Positions 17,283 to 27,206 of a stretch of DNA of 64,000 bases are shown piece by piece. Under the pieces are notes generated by a model. The model worked only from the letters and a program-made list of their open reading frames with translations, searched no databases and had not been told where the DNA came from. Each line of letters opens with the position of its first letter. Within the stretch, counting starts at the first letter, position 1. Where the stretch lies: assembly GCA_023133415.1 (NCBI GenBank), contig JAGLWM010000005.1:4602-68601 (forward strand), read 5' to 3'. Both the position numbers and the translations under genes were made by a program. This stretch comes from Candidatus Pacearchaeota archaeon. GTDB lineage: Archaea > Nanobdellota > Nanobdellia > Pacearchaeales > GW2011-AR1.

Positions 17283-19388
17283 ATGAAAAAATTGGGATAT
17301 TTGGTAATTTTTGCTTTGATGAGCGCGGGGGTTTTGGCTGAGATTTCTATTTCGGAGCCTAGTGCGATTTATAATTTAGGGGATCGGCTTTATGTGAGTG
17401 CTGAGGGGTTGGTCGGGGCTGAGCATGGAAATTTGAATGTGGATTTGCTTTGTGGGAATCGGACGATAAACTTGGAGAAAATGTCTGCGAGAAGATATGG
17501 TTCTGGGGAAGTATTTTCCTATAGTTTGCCTTATAAATTTTTAAACAGGGAAGATTTGGAGATTGAGAATTTAGGTGAGGTTCTTGGTGAGTGTCAGATT
17601 CGTTTGGCTCTTGGGGATAGTGAGTCTTTGACGAAGACTTTTAGTATTAGTGATGGTGTCGTTGTTAGTGTTTCGCTTGATAAAGTTTTGTATAACCCTG
17701 GTGAGGCTGTTAGTATAACTGTCGAGGCTGTTAAGGCGAATGGGGCAAAGTTGAATGGTTTTGTTGAGGGATTTGATGTTGCCGTTTTTAGTAAGGCGAT
17801 TGAGGAAGGTTTTGTTGAGGAGATTTTTGTTTTACCGGAAACGATTGAAGCCGGGAGTTATTATTTAAATGTTAGCGCTTATGATGTTGGATCTAGTGGT
17901 GTTTTGAATCATGGAGTGAGTGGTGTTTCTTTTGATGTGGCTCAGGTTGCGTCTTCTATGATTATAAGTTTATCTGGAGAGGAGGCTGTTCCTGGTGAGA
18001 ATTTTAGTATTGGTGTTGAGGTATTTGATCAGTCTGGCGTTGAGATGATAGGTAATGTTTTATTAAAAATTTTGTCTTCTAATGGAGAGGTAATTGAGGA
18101 TAGTGTTAGCGCTGGGGAGTTTGGTAATATTGATTTTGTTTTAAATTCTAGTGTTGGAACGTGGAAGGTTGTTGCGCATTTTAATGAGATGGTTAAGGAG
18201 CGGGAATTTGAGATGGTGGCTTTGCAGAAGGTTGAGTTTGATTTGGAAGATTCGATTTTAAGTATAACGAACGTTGGGAATGTTTTATATAATAAGACTA
18301 TTGATGTTGAAATTGGTTCTGAGGTTTTGATTTTGGAATTAAATATTGGAGTTGGGGAGGTTAGAAAGTTTGATATTGGAGCGCCTACGGGGGAATATGA
18401 AGTTGTTGTTGGAGATGGAGAGAATTTTTTTAATAAGCGGGTTTTGTTGACAGGGAATGCTGTTTCGGTTAAAAATTTAAGAACCGTTGGTATTTTTAAT
18501 AATTATTTTATTATTTGGTTTTTTTTAATTTTAATTTTGGGAGGTATTGGAATGTTTTTATTTGTTAGGTATCGGAAGACGAAGACTATTGGGAAGCCAA
18601 GTATTGTTGGAAATGTTGTCAGGACAGTCGGGAGGGTGAAGCAGAATGCTGGTAAAGAGGTAATCAAGAAGGTCCCGACTTGTGTTAAATCACATGTCAA
18701 TCATAGTTTGAATTTTACGAATAAGTCTCCTTCTGTTCAGGGACTTGATAGTAAGAATTATAGTCATAAAGATAAGACGATGGTTGATTTGACTAGTGGG
18801 ACTAGTGCCAGTGCCGAGTCGGCCTTGGTTTTGAAGGGGGAGAAACTTGTGTCGGGTATTGTTTCTTTGGTTATTAAGAATTATGAGGATTTGAGTGAGA
18901 TGGCTAGGGCAAATTTGCATAAAATTGTTACTGAATCTAAAGGAAAAGGCTTGATTGATTGGAGAGGGGAATATGTTTTTGTTGTGTTTTCTCCGCTTGT
19001 GACACGAACTTATGGGAATGAGAGTTTGGCAGTTAAGTGTGGGATGGAGATTGTTAAGAGATTAAATGAGCATAATAAGAAATTTAAGGATAAGATTGAG
19101 TTTGGTCTGGGAGTTCATGTTGGGGAACTTATTGCATCTAAGGCTGGAGAAAAGTTGAAGTATACGAGTATTGGGAATACGATTTCTTTTGCGAAGAGAA
19201 TGAGTGATGTTGATTCTGGGCGAGTTATAATATCGGAGGTTGTGAGGAAGAAGTTGATACGGGATTTGAAGGTTGTGAAAGGGAAGGAGATTGGGGAGAA
19301 TGTGACGTATATTGTTAAGGAAGTGAAGGATAGAAGTGGGGATGCGGCTCGGTTGAAGCAGTTGTTGGCGAGAAACAAAGTTTCTTGA
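17283..19388 (+). CDS. Single-pass membrane protein: large extracellular beta domain plus cytoplasmic degenerate class III nucleotidyl-cyclase domain
   Basis: Signal peptide, TM near residue 410, then 'FGLGVHVGELI', 'YTSIGNTISFAKRM', 'GRVIISE'. The first metal-binding Asp is not seen. Confidence 0.65.
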   Translation: MKKLGYLVIFALMSAGVLAEISISEPSAIYNLGDRLYVSAEGLVGAEHGNLNVDLLCGNRTINLEKMSARRYGSGEVFSYSLPYKFLNREDLEIENLGEVLGECQIRLALGDSESLTKTFSISDGVVVSVSLDKVLYNPGEAVSITVEAVKANGAKLNGFVEGFDVAVFSKAIEEGFVEEIFVLPETIEAGSYYLNVSAYDVGSSGVLNHGVSGVSFDVAQVASSMIISLSGEEAVPGENFSIGVEVFDQSGVEMIGNVLLKILSSNGEVIEDSVSAGEFGNIDFVLNSSVGTWKVVAHFNEMVKEREFEMVALQKVEFDLEDSILSITNVGNVLYNKTIDVEIGSEVLILELNIGVGEVRKFDIGAPTGEYEVVVGDGENFFNKRVLLTGNAVSVKNLRTVGIFNNYFIIWFFLILILGGIGMFLFVRYRKTKTIGKPSIVGNVVRTVGRVKQNAGKEVIKKVPTCVKSHVNHSLNFTNKSPSVQGLDSKNYSHKDKTMVDLTSGTSASAESALVLKGEKLVSGIVSLVIKNYEDLSEMARANLHKIVTESKGKGLIDWRGEYVFVVFSPLVTRTYGNESLAVKCGMEIVKRLNEHNKKFKDKIEFGLGVHVGELIASKAGEKLKYTSIGNTISFAKRMSDVDSGRVIISEVVRKKLIRDLKVVKGKEIGENVTYIVKEVKDRSGDAARLKQLLARNKVS

Positions 19389-19484
19389 GTTTTTTAGAAA
19401 GTTATATATATATGAGGTTAGTCGTAATCTTGGAGATGATGGTGATGAGAATTTCTGGTTATTCGAAATGTAGAATGGAAGAAG

Positions 19485-20408
19485 ATGAATCAATCTCGTG
19501 AGGTTACATTTCCTTGGATGGGTAAAAAATATACGGAGTTACTTGCACAGGGTTTGAATAATCTTGGGATGAATATCCGACTTCCTCCTAGAACTACGGA
19601 TAAAACTATTCAGGTTGGGGTAAGAAATACTGCGGAAATGGTTTGTTTTCCTTTAAAGCCGACGTTGGGAAATTTTATTGAGGCTCTGGATAATGGTGCG
19701 GATACTCTTCTTATGTATGATTCCAGAGGGCAATGTCGGCTTAGGCATTATTGGAAAATTCAAGAATTTATATTAAAGGATATGGGGTATAATTTTGAGA
19801 TGTATAATGTTAATTTAAATAATATTTTTCCCGTTTTGCATAAGTTGGGTGAAGCATCTTATTATAAGATAGCGAAAGAATTATTTCAGGTTTATAATCA
19901 AATAAAAGAAGTTGATACGGAAAAGGAAAGATGGTCTGAGAATAAGCCAAATATTGGTATAATTGGTGAAATTTTTACGTGTTGTGACGAACGAACTAAC
20001 CACGGCATAGAAAAAAAAATTGAAAATCTCGGGGCAAATCCCGTAAATACTGTGACTCTATCTAGTTTTATTAGAGATAGTATTTTTAAAAAAATTCATC
20101 GTCCAAATGGAAGAAAAGAATACGACAAAAAAGCTGAAAAATACTTTAATGGAGGCTTGGGAGGGCATGGTAGAGAAAATATTTCGTATCTTCTCGAATT
20201 AGTCGATAAAAATATTGCGGGAGTTCTTCATTTGTTACCTATGAGTTGTATGCCAGAAACTTCTATTGAGCCGTATATTAATAGTATTTGTCAAAAATCT
20301 AAAACGCCACTTCTTCGGATACCGATTGATGAAAATACCGCAGAGGCAAATCTAGAGACAAGATTAGAAACGTTTGTCGAACTTATAAAAATGAGGAGTA
20401 ATAAATGA
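19485..20408 (+). CDS. Acyl-CoA dehydratase activase-related protein (DUF2229-like)
   Basis: 'FPWMG', 'VCFPLKPTLGNFIEAL', 'GQCRLRHY', 'GIIGEIF', 'PMSCMPE', 'TRLETF'. Confidence 0.75.
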   Translation: MNQSREVTFPWMGKKYTELLAQGLNNLGMNIRLPPRTTDKTIQVGVRNTAEMVCFPLKPTLGNFIEALDNGADTLLMYDSRGQCRLRHYWKIQEFILKDMGYNFEMYNVNLNNIFPVLHKLGEASYYKIAKELFQVYNQIKEVDTEKERWSENKPNIGIIGEIFTCCDERTNHGIEKKIENLGANPVNTVTLSSFIRDSIFKKIHRPNGRKEYDKKAEKYFNGGLGGHGRENISYLLELVDKNIAGVLHLLPMSCMPETSIEPYINSICQKSKTPLLRIPIDENTAEANLETRLETFVELIKMRSNK

Positions 20409-21334
20409 AAACATTTATTGGTTTTGACGTAGGAAGTGTTTCGGTTAAGGTAGCGAGAATAGATGAAAATGAAAAATTAATTGATTCAATTTATTTAAGA
20501 AATTGTGGGCTAATAGACACGGTAAAGAAGGGGTTGGAAGCAATTGCTGATGATTCGGAAGTTGGTGGTGTTGGAGTGACGGGGAGTGGGAGAAAATTTG
20601 TTGGAATGTTTGTTGGTGCTGATTTGGTCAAAACAGAAGTTTTGGCACATACGGTTGGAACACTTGCTTATTATCCGGAAGTTAGAACTCTTATGGACAT
20701 CGGTGGAGAGGATTCAAAATTGATGACGCTTACCGATGGTGTTTTAGAAAACTTTGAACTAAATTCAATTTGCTCTGCAGGAACTGGGAGTTTTTTAGAA
20801 TCTATTGCCGGGAAGATGGGAATTAAAATAGAAGATGTTGGAGAAATTGCTCTAAGAAGTAAACAGAGATTGGATTTTCCTTCGAAGTGCGGCGTATTTA
20901 CTCAATCGGCGGTTGTCTCAAAAAAAAATGCCGGGGCAGCTAAAGAAGATATTTTGATGGGTGTTTGCAGATCTTTAGTTTCGAATTATTTAACAATGGC
21001 GAAAGGAATCAGGTTAGAACCACCTTTTGTTTATCAGGGTGCAACCGCAAAAAATATTGCTATTGTAAAAGCATTTGAAGAAGAGCTTGGTCATAAGATT
21101 ATAGTTCCAAAATATTGTGATGTGATGGGTGCGATTGGAATTGGAATTATGGCGAAAAGAGCTTATTCGTCAAAAACAAATTTTAAAGGATATAGTATAT
21201 TGGAGAAAAATTATGAAACCAAAACCAAAATCGCGGACGGTTGTGATAATCATTGCGAATTAACTTTACTTTTTGAGAACAATAAATATGTTGGGTGCAT
21301 TGGGAATAAATGTGAAAAATGTGCACGACCTTGA
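20405..21334 (+). CDS. ATP-dependent [4Fe-4S] CoA-dehydratase activase (HgdC/ASKHA family)
   Basis: 'GFDVGSVSVK', 'DIGGEDSK', 'NSICSAGTGSFLE', 'CGVFTQS', Cys-rich C-terminus. Confidence 0.85.
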   Translation: MKTFIGFDVGSVSVKVARIDENEKLIDSIYLRNCGLIDTVKKGLEAIADDSEVGGVGVTGSGRKFVGMFVGADLVKTEVLAHTVGTLAYYPEVRTLMDIGGEDSKLMTLTDGVLENFELNSICSAGTGSFLESIAGKMGIKIEDVGEIALRSKQRLDFPSKCGVFTQSAVVSKKNAGAAKEDILMGVCRSLVSNYLTMAKGIRLEPPFVYQGATAKNIAIVKAFEEELGHKIIVPKYCDVMGAIGIGIMAKRAYSSKTNFKGYSILEKNYETKTKIADGCDNHCELTLLFENNKYVGCIGNKCEKCARP

Positions 21335-21482
21335 TTTGAAGTGAATTATTTGGTGAGGATGATTTTAGATGTTCGTAACTTCTGTTCAAAATTGGTGGGC
21401 TTTTTCTAAAATACTTTTAATAAGAAATAAAAATCCCGTAGTGCAAAAGGTATTTAAATTAAAGTCACAAAGAAACAGTAAG

Positions 21483-22100
21483 ATGTCAAATTCAGAAAAT
21501 TTAAATATTCATGAAATGAAGAGAAATCCTATTTTTATGGAAGTTAATGTAGAAAGGGGACATCCCGAAATAGCAGTTGATAATTTAACTGGCAAGTTAG
21601 AAGATTTGGGCTTTGAAGTTGAAAGAGGACCGAGTTCTATCACCAACGACGATATTGCTGATGGAGTTAAAGATTACAAAGAATACGTTGAAGCAAGTCG
21701 AACTGAAAAAAGATTCAGAAAAAATGCTAAAGAATACAAGAGATATTCATTAATTGGTTTGGGAGTTACAACTTTATTACTATTAATTTCAATATTACAA
21801 AGGGGATTCATTGCTTTATTTTTAATTTCTTTAATTGCCACAATTGTGGTATATATATTATCTAGACCTACAGAGATAAAGGATAATGTGTATATATGGA
21901 TTGTGGGAAAAGTTTATGCTGGGACAAAAGCAAGAGAAACGAGAGACTCGGACAAACAAAAAGCTGGGACAACAAGGCTGGCATCTACTACTTATGTGCA
22001 TTCTGAAGTTAAATTTATTTTATCTGGAGATAGCGAGATTTCAGTTGATAGACTAAGAAAAGACATTGGAACTATCTCAAAATATTTACAAAAAATTTAA
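21483..22100 (+). CDS. Hypothetical membrane protein (2 TM)
   Basis: Open frame with a central hydrophobic hairpin. Start taken at ATG 21483. Confidence 0.6.
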   Translation: MSNSENLNIHEMKRNPIFMEVNVERGHPEIAVDNLTGKLEDLGFEVERGPSSITNDDIADGVKDYKEYVEASRTEKRFRKNAKEYKRYSLIGLGVTTLLLLISILQRGFIALFLISLIATIVVYILSRPTEIKDNVYIWIVGKVYAGTKARETRDSDKQKAGTTRLASTTYVHSEVKFILSGDSEISVDRLRKDIGTISKYLQKI

Positions 22101-22211
22101 TTGAACAATAAACAATTTTCATTTTATTTGAAAGGTTTATTGCTTTACCTAATGTCCATAACCAATCCTTTTCGATTATATGTTTATACATGTTTCTTGA
22201 GTAGATGAATT

Positions 22212-22343
22212 ATGGAAACAGAAATAAGTTAGGACATTGGAAATGATATTTTACTTGCTCTAGATAGAATCAAATTGAAAATGATGAAAAGAAATTTGGA
22301 GGCAATGAATGAAAAAGAATGCACAGCTTCACCTTCTTGTTGA
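22212..22343 (+). pseudogene. Possible small gene interrupted by an in-frame TAG
   Basis: METEIS*DIGNDILLALDRIKLKMMKRNLEAMNEKECTASPSC*; overlaps the next ORF. Confidence 0.3.
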
Positions 22344-22521
22344 AACCAGATTTGTTGCCAAGCTAAAAAAAGAAGCAGAAGAATGCAATACTGGATTTTC
22401 TGAATATTGTAGAAAGAAACTTTGGAGGAATCCACAATTAGACAGGATTGAGAGGAAGTTGGATAAATTGATTGGAAAAAGGAAAAAAGGAAATAAAAGA
22501 CTTATTGATAAAATGGGATAA
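22309..22521 (+). CDS. Small basic protein, ribbon-helix-helix-like DNA-binding candidate
   Basis: 'AQLHLLVE...KLKKEAEE...FSEYCRKKL' strand-helix-helix pattern. Confidence 0.5.
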   Translation: MKKNAQLHLLVETRFVAKLKKEAEECNTGFSEYCRKKLWRNPQLDRIERKLDKLIGKRKKGNKRLIDKMG

Positions 22522-22577
22522 TTGATATTTAAGCAGAATAGAGCAAATGTTAAAAACACCTTTTACCAATATTATGT

Positions 22578-23903
22578 ATGAGAAAAACAATAGATATAAA
22601 CAATTTAATGGTTAATCCTGAAAACTATCGTTTTGACCCAGTTGAAACTCAAAGTGATGCTATTGACTTAATGTTAGAAGAAAAGGGTAATGAAATTTTC
22701 AATTTAGCCAAACATATTATCTATAATGGAATAGACGAGGCAAAGAATTTAAGAGTAAGCGAAATCAAAAAGGATTTATACAAAATTCTTGAAGGCAATA
22801 GAAGGGTTACGGCAATTAAATGTTTAAATGACCCAAATTTAATAAAAGGAGATTCTCTTAAGAATAAATTCAAGAAATTAACTGAAGAAGCCAAAAAAGA
22901 AAAGAAATCTTTCCCTTTGAGAATTAATTGTTTTGTATATAAAACTGAGGAAGAAGCTGCGACTTGGATTAAATTAGACCACACTGGGAAAAATGATGGT
23001 GTTGGATTGGTTGAGTGGGGGAAAGCAGAAAGAGATAGATTTGAGCAAAAATTCGAAGGTAAATCAAGCCCGGCAACCCAAGCCGTTGATTTATATGAAT
23101 CTATTATGAAAACAAAAATTAAAGATAGAAATAAATTGAAGCTATCTACAATTAATCGTATCTTGTCAAATGCAGAATCTAGGGCATATCTTGGACTAGG
23201 AAAAACTAATGAAGAAATCTACCCCACAACTTCCCTGAAAGAAGTTGGAGAAAGATTAGATAAACTTTTCAATAAAATGATTTTGGAAGACATTAATGTG
23301 AAAGAAGTTTATACAGCAGAATTAACAGAACAATTTATGAAAAATCTGTATGGAGAAAAACCAAAACCTTCAAAACGAACCGTAAAGGTTCCTCCTAAAG
23401 CGAAAAAGAAAGCGAAAAAGAAAGCGAAAAAAAGATTACCTAAATCTAATGGAAGAAATATATTAATCCCAAACACCTGTGATTTAGAAATACAAGAAAA
23501 AAAGATAAATAATATCTATCATGAACTAATGGAAATTCCATTAGACAAACTCACAAATTCAGCAGGAGTATTATTTAGAGTTTTTTTAGAAGTTAGTTTG
23601 GATAAATACGCAGCACAAAAAGGAATAAATTTCTCCCCTCAAGCAAAACTATCAAGTAAAATAGCTACAATATCTAAAAAGTTAGAAGATGAGGATGTGG
23701 CAAGCAAAGAACAGCTTAGAAACATAATAAAAGTTGGGACAAAGGGCAATTCCATACTTTCAATTGACCACTTTAATGAATATGTTCATTCTATAAAAAT
23801 TCAGCCACTCCCAGTGGATATGATAAACGCATGGGACAACCTACAGGAATTTTTCGAGATATTATGGGAAGAGATTTCGAAAAAGGAAAAGGTAAAAAAA
23901 TGA
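22578..23903 (+). CDS. ParB/Srx-like N-terminal domain protein with HEPN-like C-terminal domain
   Basis: 'NPENYRF', 'ILEGNRRVTAIK'; C-terminal 'AGVLFRVFLE...NEYVH'. Confidence 0.6.
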   Translation: MRKTIDINNLMVNPENYRFDPVETQSDAIDLMLEEKGNEIFNLAKHIIYNGIDEAKNLRVSEIKKDLYKILEGNRRVTAIKCLNDPNLIKGDSLKNKFKKLTEEAKKEKKSFPLRINCFVYKTEEEAATWIKLDHTGKNDGVGLVEWGKAERDRFEQKFEGKSSPATQAVDLYESIMKTKIKDRNKLKLSTINRILSNAESRAYLGLGKTNEEIYPTTSLKEVGERLDKLFNKMILEDINVKEVYTAELTEQFMKNLYGEKPKPSKRTVKVPPKAKKKAKKKAKKRLPKSNGRNILIPNTCDLEIQEKKINNIYHELMEIPLDKLTNSAGVLFRVFLEVSLDKYAAQKGINFSPQAKLSSKIATISKKLEDEDVASKEQLRNIIKVGTKGNSILSIDHFNEYVHSIKIQPLPVDMINAWDNLQEFFEILWEEISKKEKVKK

Positions 23904-24739
23904 CATTTTATTCCCCACTAAGATATCCTGGAGGTAAGGGGAAAATGTCTAATTATTTTAAAAAAGTATTTAAAGAAAATTCTTTAATGGGCGGAACTTA
24001 TGTGGAGCCATATACTGGAGGAGGCTCTGTAGCTCTATCTTTGCTAATTGAAAAATATGCTTCAGAAATTATAATTAATGATGTTGACCGTTCAATTTAT
24101 GCTCTTTGGTATTCAATATTAAATTATACTAATGAGCTATGTGAGTTAATCGAGAAAACTCCCATAACAATAAAAATATGGAAGAAGCAAAAAGAAATAC
24201 AAAAAAATAAAGAAGAAGAAGATGTTCTAAAATTGGGATTTTCTACATTTTTCTTAAATAGAACCAATCGTTCTGGAATATTAGGAGCTGGGGCCATAGG
24301 AGGATTAGAGCAAAAAGGAAACTGGAAAATTGATTGTAGATATAATAAAAAAGCTCTAATAGAAAGAATAAAGAAAATTGCTTCTCATAAAAAAAATATC
24401 CAACTTTATAATTTAGACGCGGTGAAGTTAATTGAAAAATTACAGAGTGAGCTTTCTGAAAAAACTCTTTTTTACTTAGACCCTCCTTATCATGAAAAGG
24501 GTAAGGAACTTTATTTAAACCATTATGATAACGATGACCATAAAAAAATATCTCTTGCGATAGGAAAAGTAAAAAAACAAAAATGGCTAATAACTTATGA
24601 TAATACAGAATTAATTAAAAAATTATATAAGAAATATAGTAAATTGGATTATCTTTTAACATATACGGCCGGCAAAACAAAAAAGGGTAAAGAGTTAATG
24701 ATATTTTCAGATAATATGAAAATTGTTGAATACCAATAG
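23900..24739 (+). CDS. DNA adenine methyltransferase (D12/Dam class)
   Basis: 'SPLRYPGGK', 'EPYTGGGS', catalytic 'DPPY'. ATGA overlap with the upstream gene at 23900-23903. Confidence 0.92.
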   Translation: MTFYSPLRYPGGKGKMSNYFKKVFKENSLMGGTYVEPYTGGGSVALSLLIEKYASEIIINDVDRSIYALWYSILNYTNELCELIEKTPITIKIWKKQKEIQKNKEEEDVLKLGFSTFFLNRTNRSGILGAGAIGGLEQKGNWKIDCRYNKKALIERIKKIASHKKNIQLYNLDAVKLIEKLQSELSEKTLFYLDPPYHEKGKELYLNHYDNDDHKKISLAIGKVKKQKWLITYDNTELIKKLYKKYSKLDYLLTYTAGKTKKGKELMIFSDNMKIVEYQ

Positions 24740-24740
24740 A

Positions 24741-24923
24741 TTATTTTCTACATATCTTTCCAAACACTCTCCTCAAAACAAACAACTCCCCACTCCTCCA
24801 CTCCGTCAAATCTTCCTTTCCCTCCAAATCCAAACTATCCAAATAAGCCCCCCACAACTCATCCAACAACTTCCCCTCGACAACAATCCGCTTAGGCTCT
24901 ATCATATCCAACCTCCATCTCAT
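24741..24923 (-). CDS. Small hypothetical protein downstream of the integrase
   Basis: 60-aa ORF overlapping the integrase 3' end. Confidence 0.4.
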   Translation of the reverse strand: MRWRLDMIEPKRIVVEGKLLDELWGAYLDSLDLEGKEDLTEWRSGELFVLRRVFGKICRK

Positions 24924-26049
24924 TTACCTTCACCATAATCATTTTCATCTGTGCCTCCAAAACCTTAATCTTATCATTAGATATCTCCAACTTCTTTTCC
25001 GTATACGAAAGCTGTTGCTCCAATTCCGTCTTTGTAGTATCCACAAACATATCTTCTTCGCTAATCGTATCTTTCATCCCCAGCAACTCAGAATAATAAT
25101 GAATTTTATCACTCTTCTTCCACCCAAAACGATATTTTAAAGCAGATTCAGACTTATATCTAGTCAGCCAATAACAACAACTACAATGTCTAAAGTCATA
25201 CATCGTAAGTTGCTTATATTTTTGCCCAGCCTCACTCATATCATCCCCAAAGACTCTTTCCGCCAACCTGTTGAAATATTTATTTACAGTCTGTGGTTTT
25301 ATTGGGAAAAGATAATCAGTTGGTTTAAGTTGATTATACTCCACATGTTTTCTTAACAAATCGGAACAAAGCATCAATTTTATTCTTCGCCCAAAAGTCT
25401 TACTAACCTCGTCTCTAATATTAACTTCTTTGTAATTGTTATGCAAATCTCCAACCTTAACATTAATCAATTCAGTCGGCGACCTAATTCCAGTATCATA
25501 TAGAAACATAATAAGAGCCTTGTAGTGAGGTTTTGCACTATCACTCAACCTTTTCACCTGCTCTTCTGTCAGGTATACCCATTTTGGCTTAGTCCCCCTG
25601 CTATCTAAATCTACGGTTACATCTTGAATATCCATATCCTTCTTCCTATTCACTATTTGCCACCAATGCCAAAACGCCTTGAAAATTTTTACAAAGGAAG
25701 GCATTGACAAATATGGCTTCCCATCTTGTCTGCAGATTTCCCCCTTTCGCATCTTTGAAAAGAATAACATTACTTGCTCCTCTGTTATTTTAGTTATATC
25801 ATCTAAGCCGTATACCTCATCAAATCTTTTAGCATAATAAACCATCTTCTCAGTCAAAGAATTTAACCTAATATAATTCTGTCCACCCTTAACGCTCTTC
25901 GCTGAGACATTAAGCCCATGCTCCATGTCATGCAAATACTGCTTTATTATTTCAGAGTTCTTTTTGCTTATGTCTGGAATTCCGTTAGCAGTATTTGCCT
26001 TCCACCTATTCCATCTTTCTTCATGTTTATATGGGTCAATCTTTACCAT
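24892..26049 (-). CDS. Tyrosine recombinase/integrase
   Basis: Catalytic R in 'YDTGIRSPTE', 'YDFRH', 'RFGW', nucleophile in 'IHYYS'; C-terminal coiled-coil tail. Confidence 0.92.
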   Translation of the reverse strand: MVKIDPYKHEERWNRWKANTANGIPDISKKNSEIIKQYLHDMEHGLNVSAKSVKGGQNYIRLNSLTEKMVYYAKRFDEVYGLDDITKITEEQVMLFFSKMRKGEICRQDGKPYLSMPSFVKIFKAFWHWWQIVNRKKDMDIQDVTVDLDSRGTKPKWVYLTEEQVKRLSDSAKPHYKALIMFLYDTGIRSPTELINVKVGDLHNNYKEVNIRDEVSKTFGRRIKLMLCSDLLRKHVEYNQLKPTDYLFPIKPQTVNKYFNRLAERVFGDDMSEAGQKYKQLTMYDFRHCSCCYWLTRYKSESALKYRFGWKKSDKIHYYSELLGMKDTISEEDMFVDTTKTELEQQLSYTEKKLEISNDKIKVLEAQMKMIMVKVNEMEVGYDRA

Positions 26050-26091
26050 AAAAATCTTAGATAAAAATTCTTTATAAAAAACCTATAATGG

Positions 26092-26109
26092 ACCTGTACA
26101 TGTACAGGT
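26092..26109. promoter_or_regulatory. Perfect 18-bp palindrome upstream of the integrase
   Basis: ACCTGTACATGTACAGGT, 43 nt upstream of the integrase start codon. Confidence 0.55.
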
Positions 26110-26151
26110 TCTGTAGGTAATATTTAAATATATATTTTATCTGCATACCTT

Positions 26152-26778
26152 ATGATAAAACAATTGAGTTTTCAAAACTTTTATGTCTTTGAAATAACTC
26201 TAGGAATTTTATCGATATTGGCGGGATTTAGTTACGGAACTCAAATCAGTCCATATTTTTTATTATTGTCATTATTGGGCGGGGGAGTGGTTTTTGATGG
26301 AATAAAAAGGTGGTATGAAGTTCAAAAAAACAAAGAGATATTAGAAGGTTTAGATTTAGATTTTGATATAAAACGTATTGACGCAGAAGCAGATTTGGAA
26401 TTCATCCCCGAAGATATTGTTGATGGACAACCTGTTGGAGAATGGCATACTGAACATAATGTTAAGTATAAGATTGAAATAAATGTTTTTAATCCTTCAA
26501 CTATAGAAAATGTAGTAAGGGACATCAGGGTAGAATTTAAAAAAAATAAACGAATTTCAGATATAGGAATAAAGTCTTCCGAAGATTTAAACAGATTCCC
26601 AATTTCATTAAAAGGAAGAACTCATGAAAGAATTATTTTCCATACCGGTTTTTCAAACACTTTAGGGAAAAAAGGGGACAAATTAAAAATAACTTTGGTT
26701 ACAATAGACAATAAGAAAATTTCTAAGGATATAAAAATTAGCCATTATAGAGAAGGCGAGCAATTGAGAAGAGGGTAA
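26152..26778 (+). CDS. Hypothetical membrane protein
   Basis: Two N-terminal TM segments and a soluble beta-rich C-terminus. Confidence 0.6.
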   Translation: MIKQLSFQNFYVFEITLGILSILAGFSYGTQISPYFLLLSLLGGGVVFDGIKRWYEVQKNKEILEGLDLDFDIKRIDAEADLEFIPEDIVDGQPVGEWHTEHNVKYKIEINVFNPSTIENVVRDIRVEFKKNKRISDIGIKSSEDLNRFPISLKGRTHERIIFHTGFSNTLGKKGDKLKITLVTIDNKKISKDIKISHYREGEQLRRG

Positions 26779-26813
26779 AAGCTCACCAATTTTGTACACT
26801 TTGTACGACCATT

Positions 26814-26824
26814 CGGTTGGGGCG
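26814..26824 (+). repeat. att-like core identical to the tRNA-Asp 3' end, inverted relative to the array
   Basis: CGGTTGGGGCG equals the last 11 nt of the tRNA at 51550-51621. Confidence 0.7.
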
Positions 26825-26903
26825 CAGAAAGAAATGTTCAATTCGTGTGAACTTTTGATTGATTTTTAGGTAGTTTTTTATAATCATTAAACATGTTATA
26901 GCT

Positions 26904-27119
26904 ATGACAAAAAGGAAAGGACATGCTAAAGGATTTATCACAGGATTAGTTTTTTTACTTTTAGGAGTCAGCTCTTATTATATTCTTACTTTCAGACAAA
27001 TGGCTTCTTCGTCTCCCAATCCCCTTGTGATTATGGGGGGGATGTATTTTGGTGGTTTTTTAGCTCTTTTTGGTTTTGTCATTCTTGGAGCTTCTTTAGT
27101 AAAATGGCTTGATCTATAA
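26904..27119 (+). CDS. Small 2-TM hypothetical protein
   Basis: Two hydrophobic helices. Confidence 0.55.
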   Translation: MTKRKGHAKGFITGLVFLLLGVSSYYILTFRQMASSSPNPLVIMGGMYFGGFLALFGFVILGASLVKWLDL

Positions 27120-27206
27120 TCCAATCAAACAATTAGGTAATTAATATTAAGGCTATACTCTCCTATTACTAGCGGTTGGAGGCATGAGAACCTTCTAGCA
27201 ATTTGT

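Noticed and set aside
15579-22343. TAG recoding suggested by two in-frame TAGs (15603, 22230)
   Set aside because: TAG ends many intact genes here (for example at 4316, 10250, 14388, 16073, 24739, 63556), and long genes have no internal TAG. Point mutation or sequencing error is simpler.
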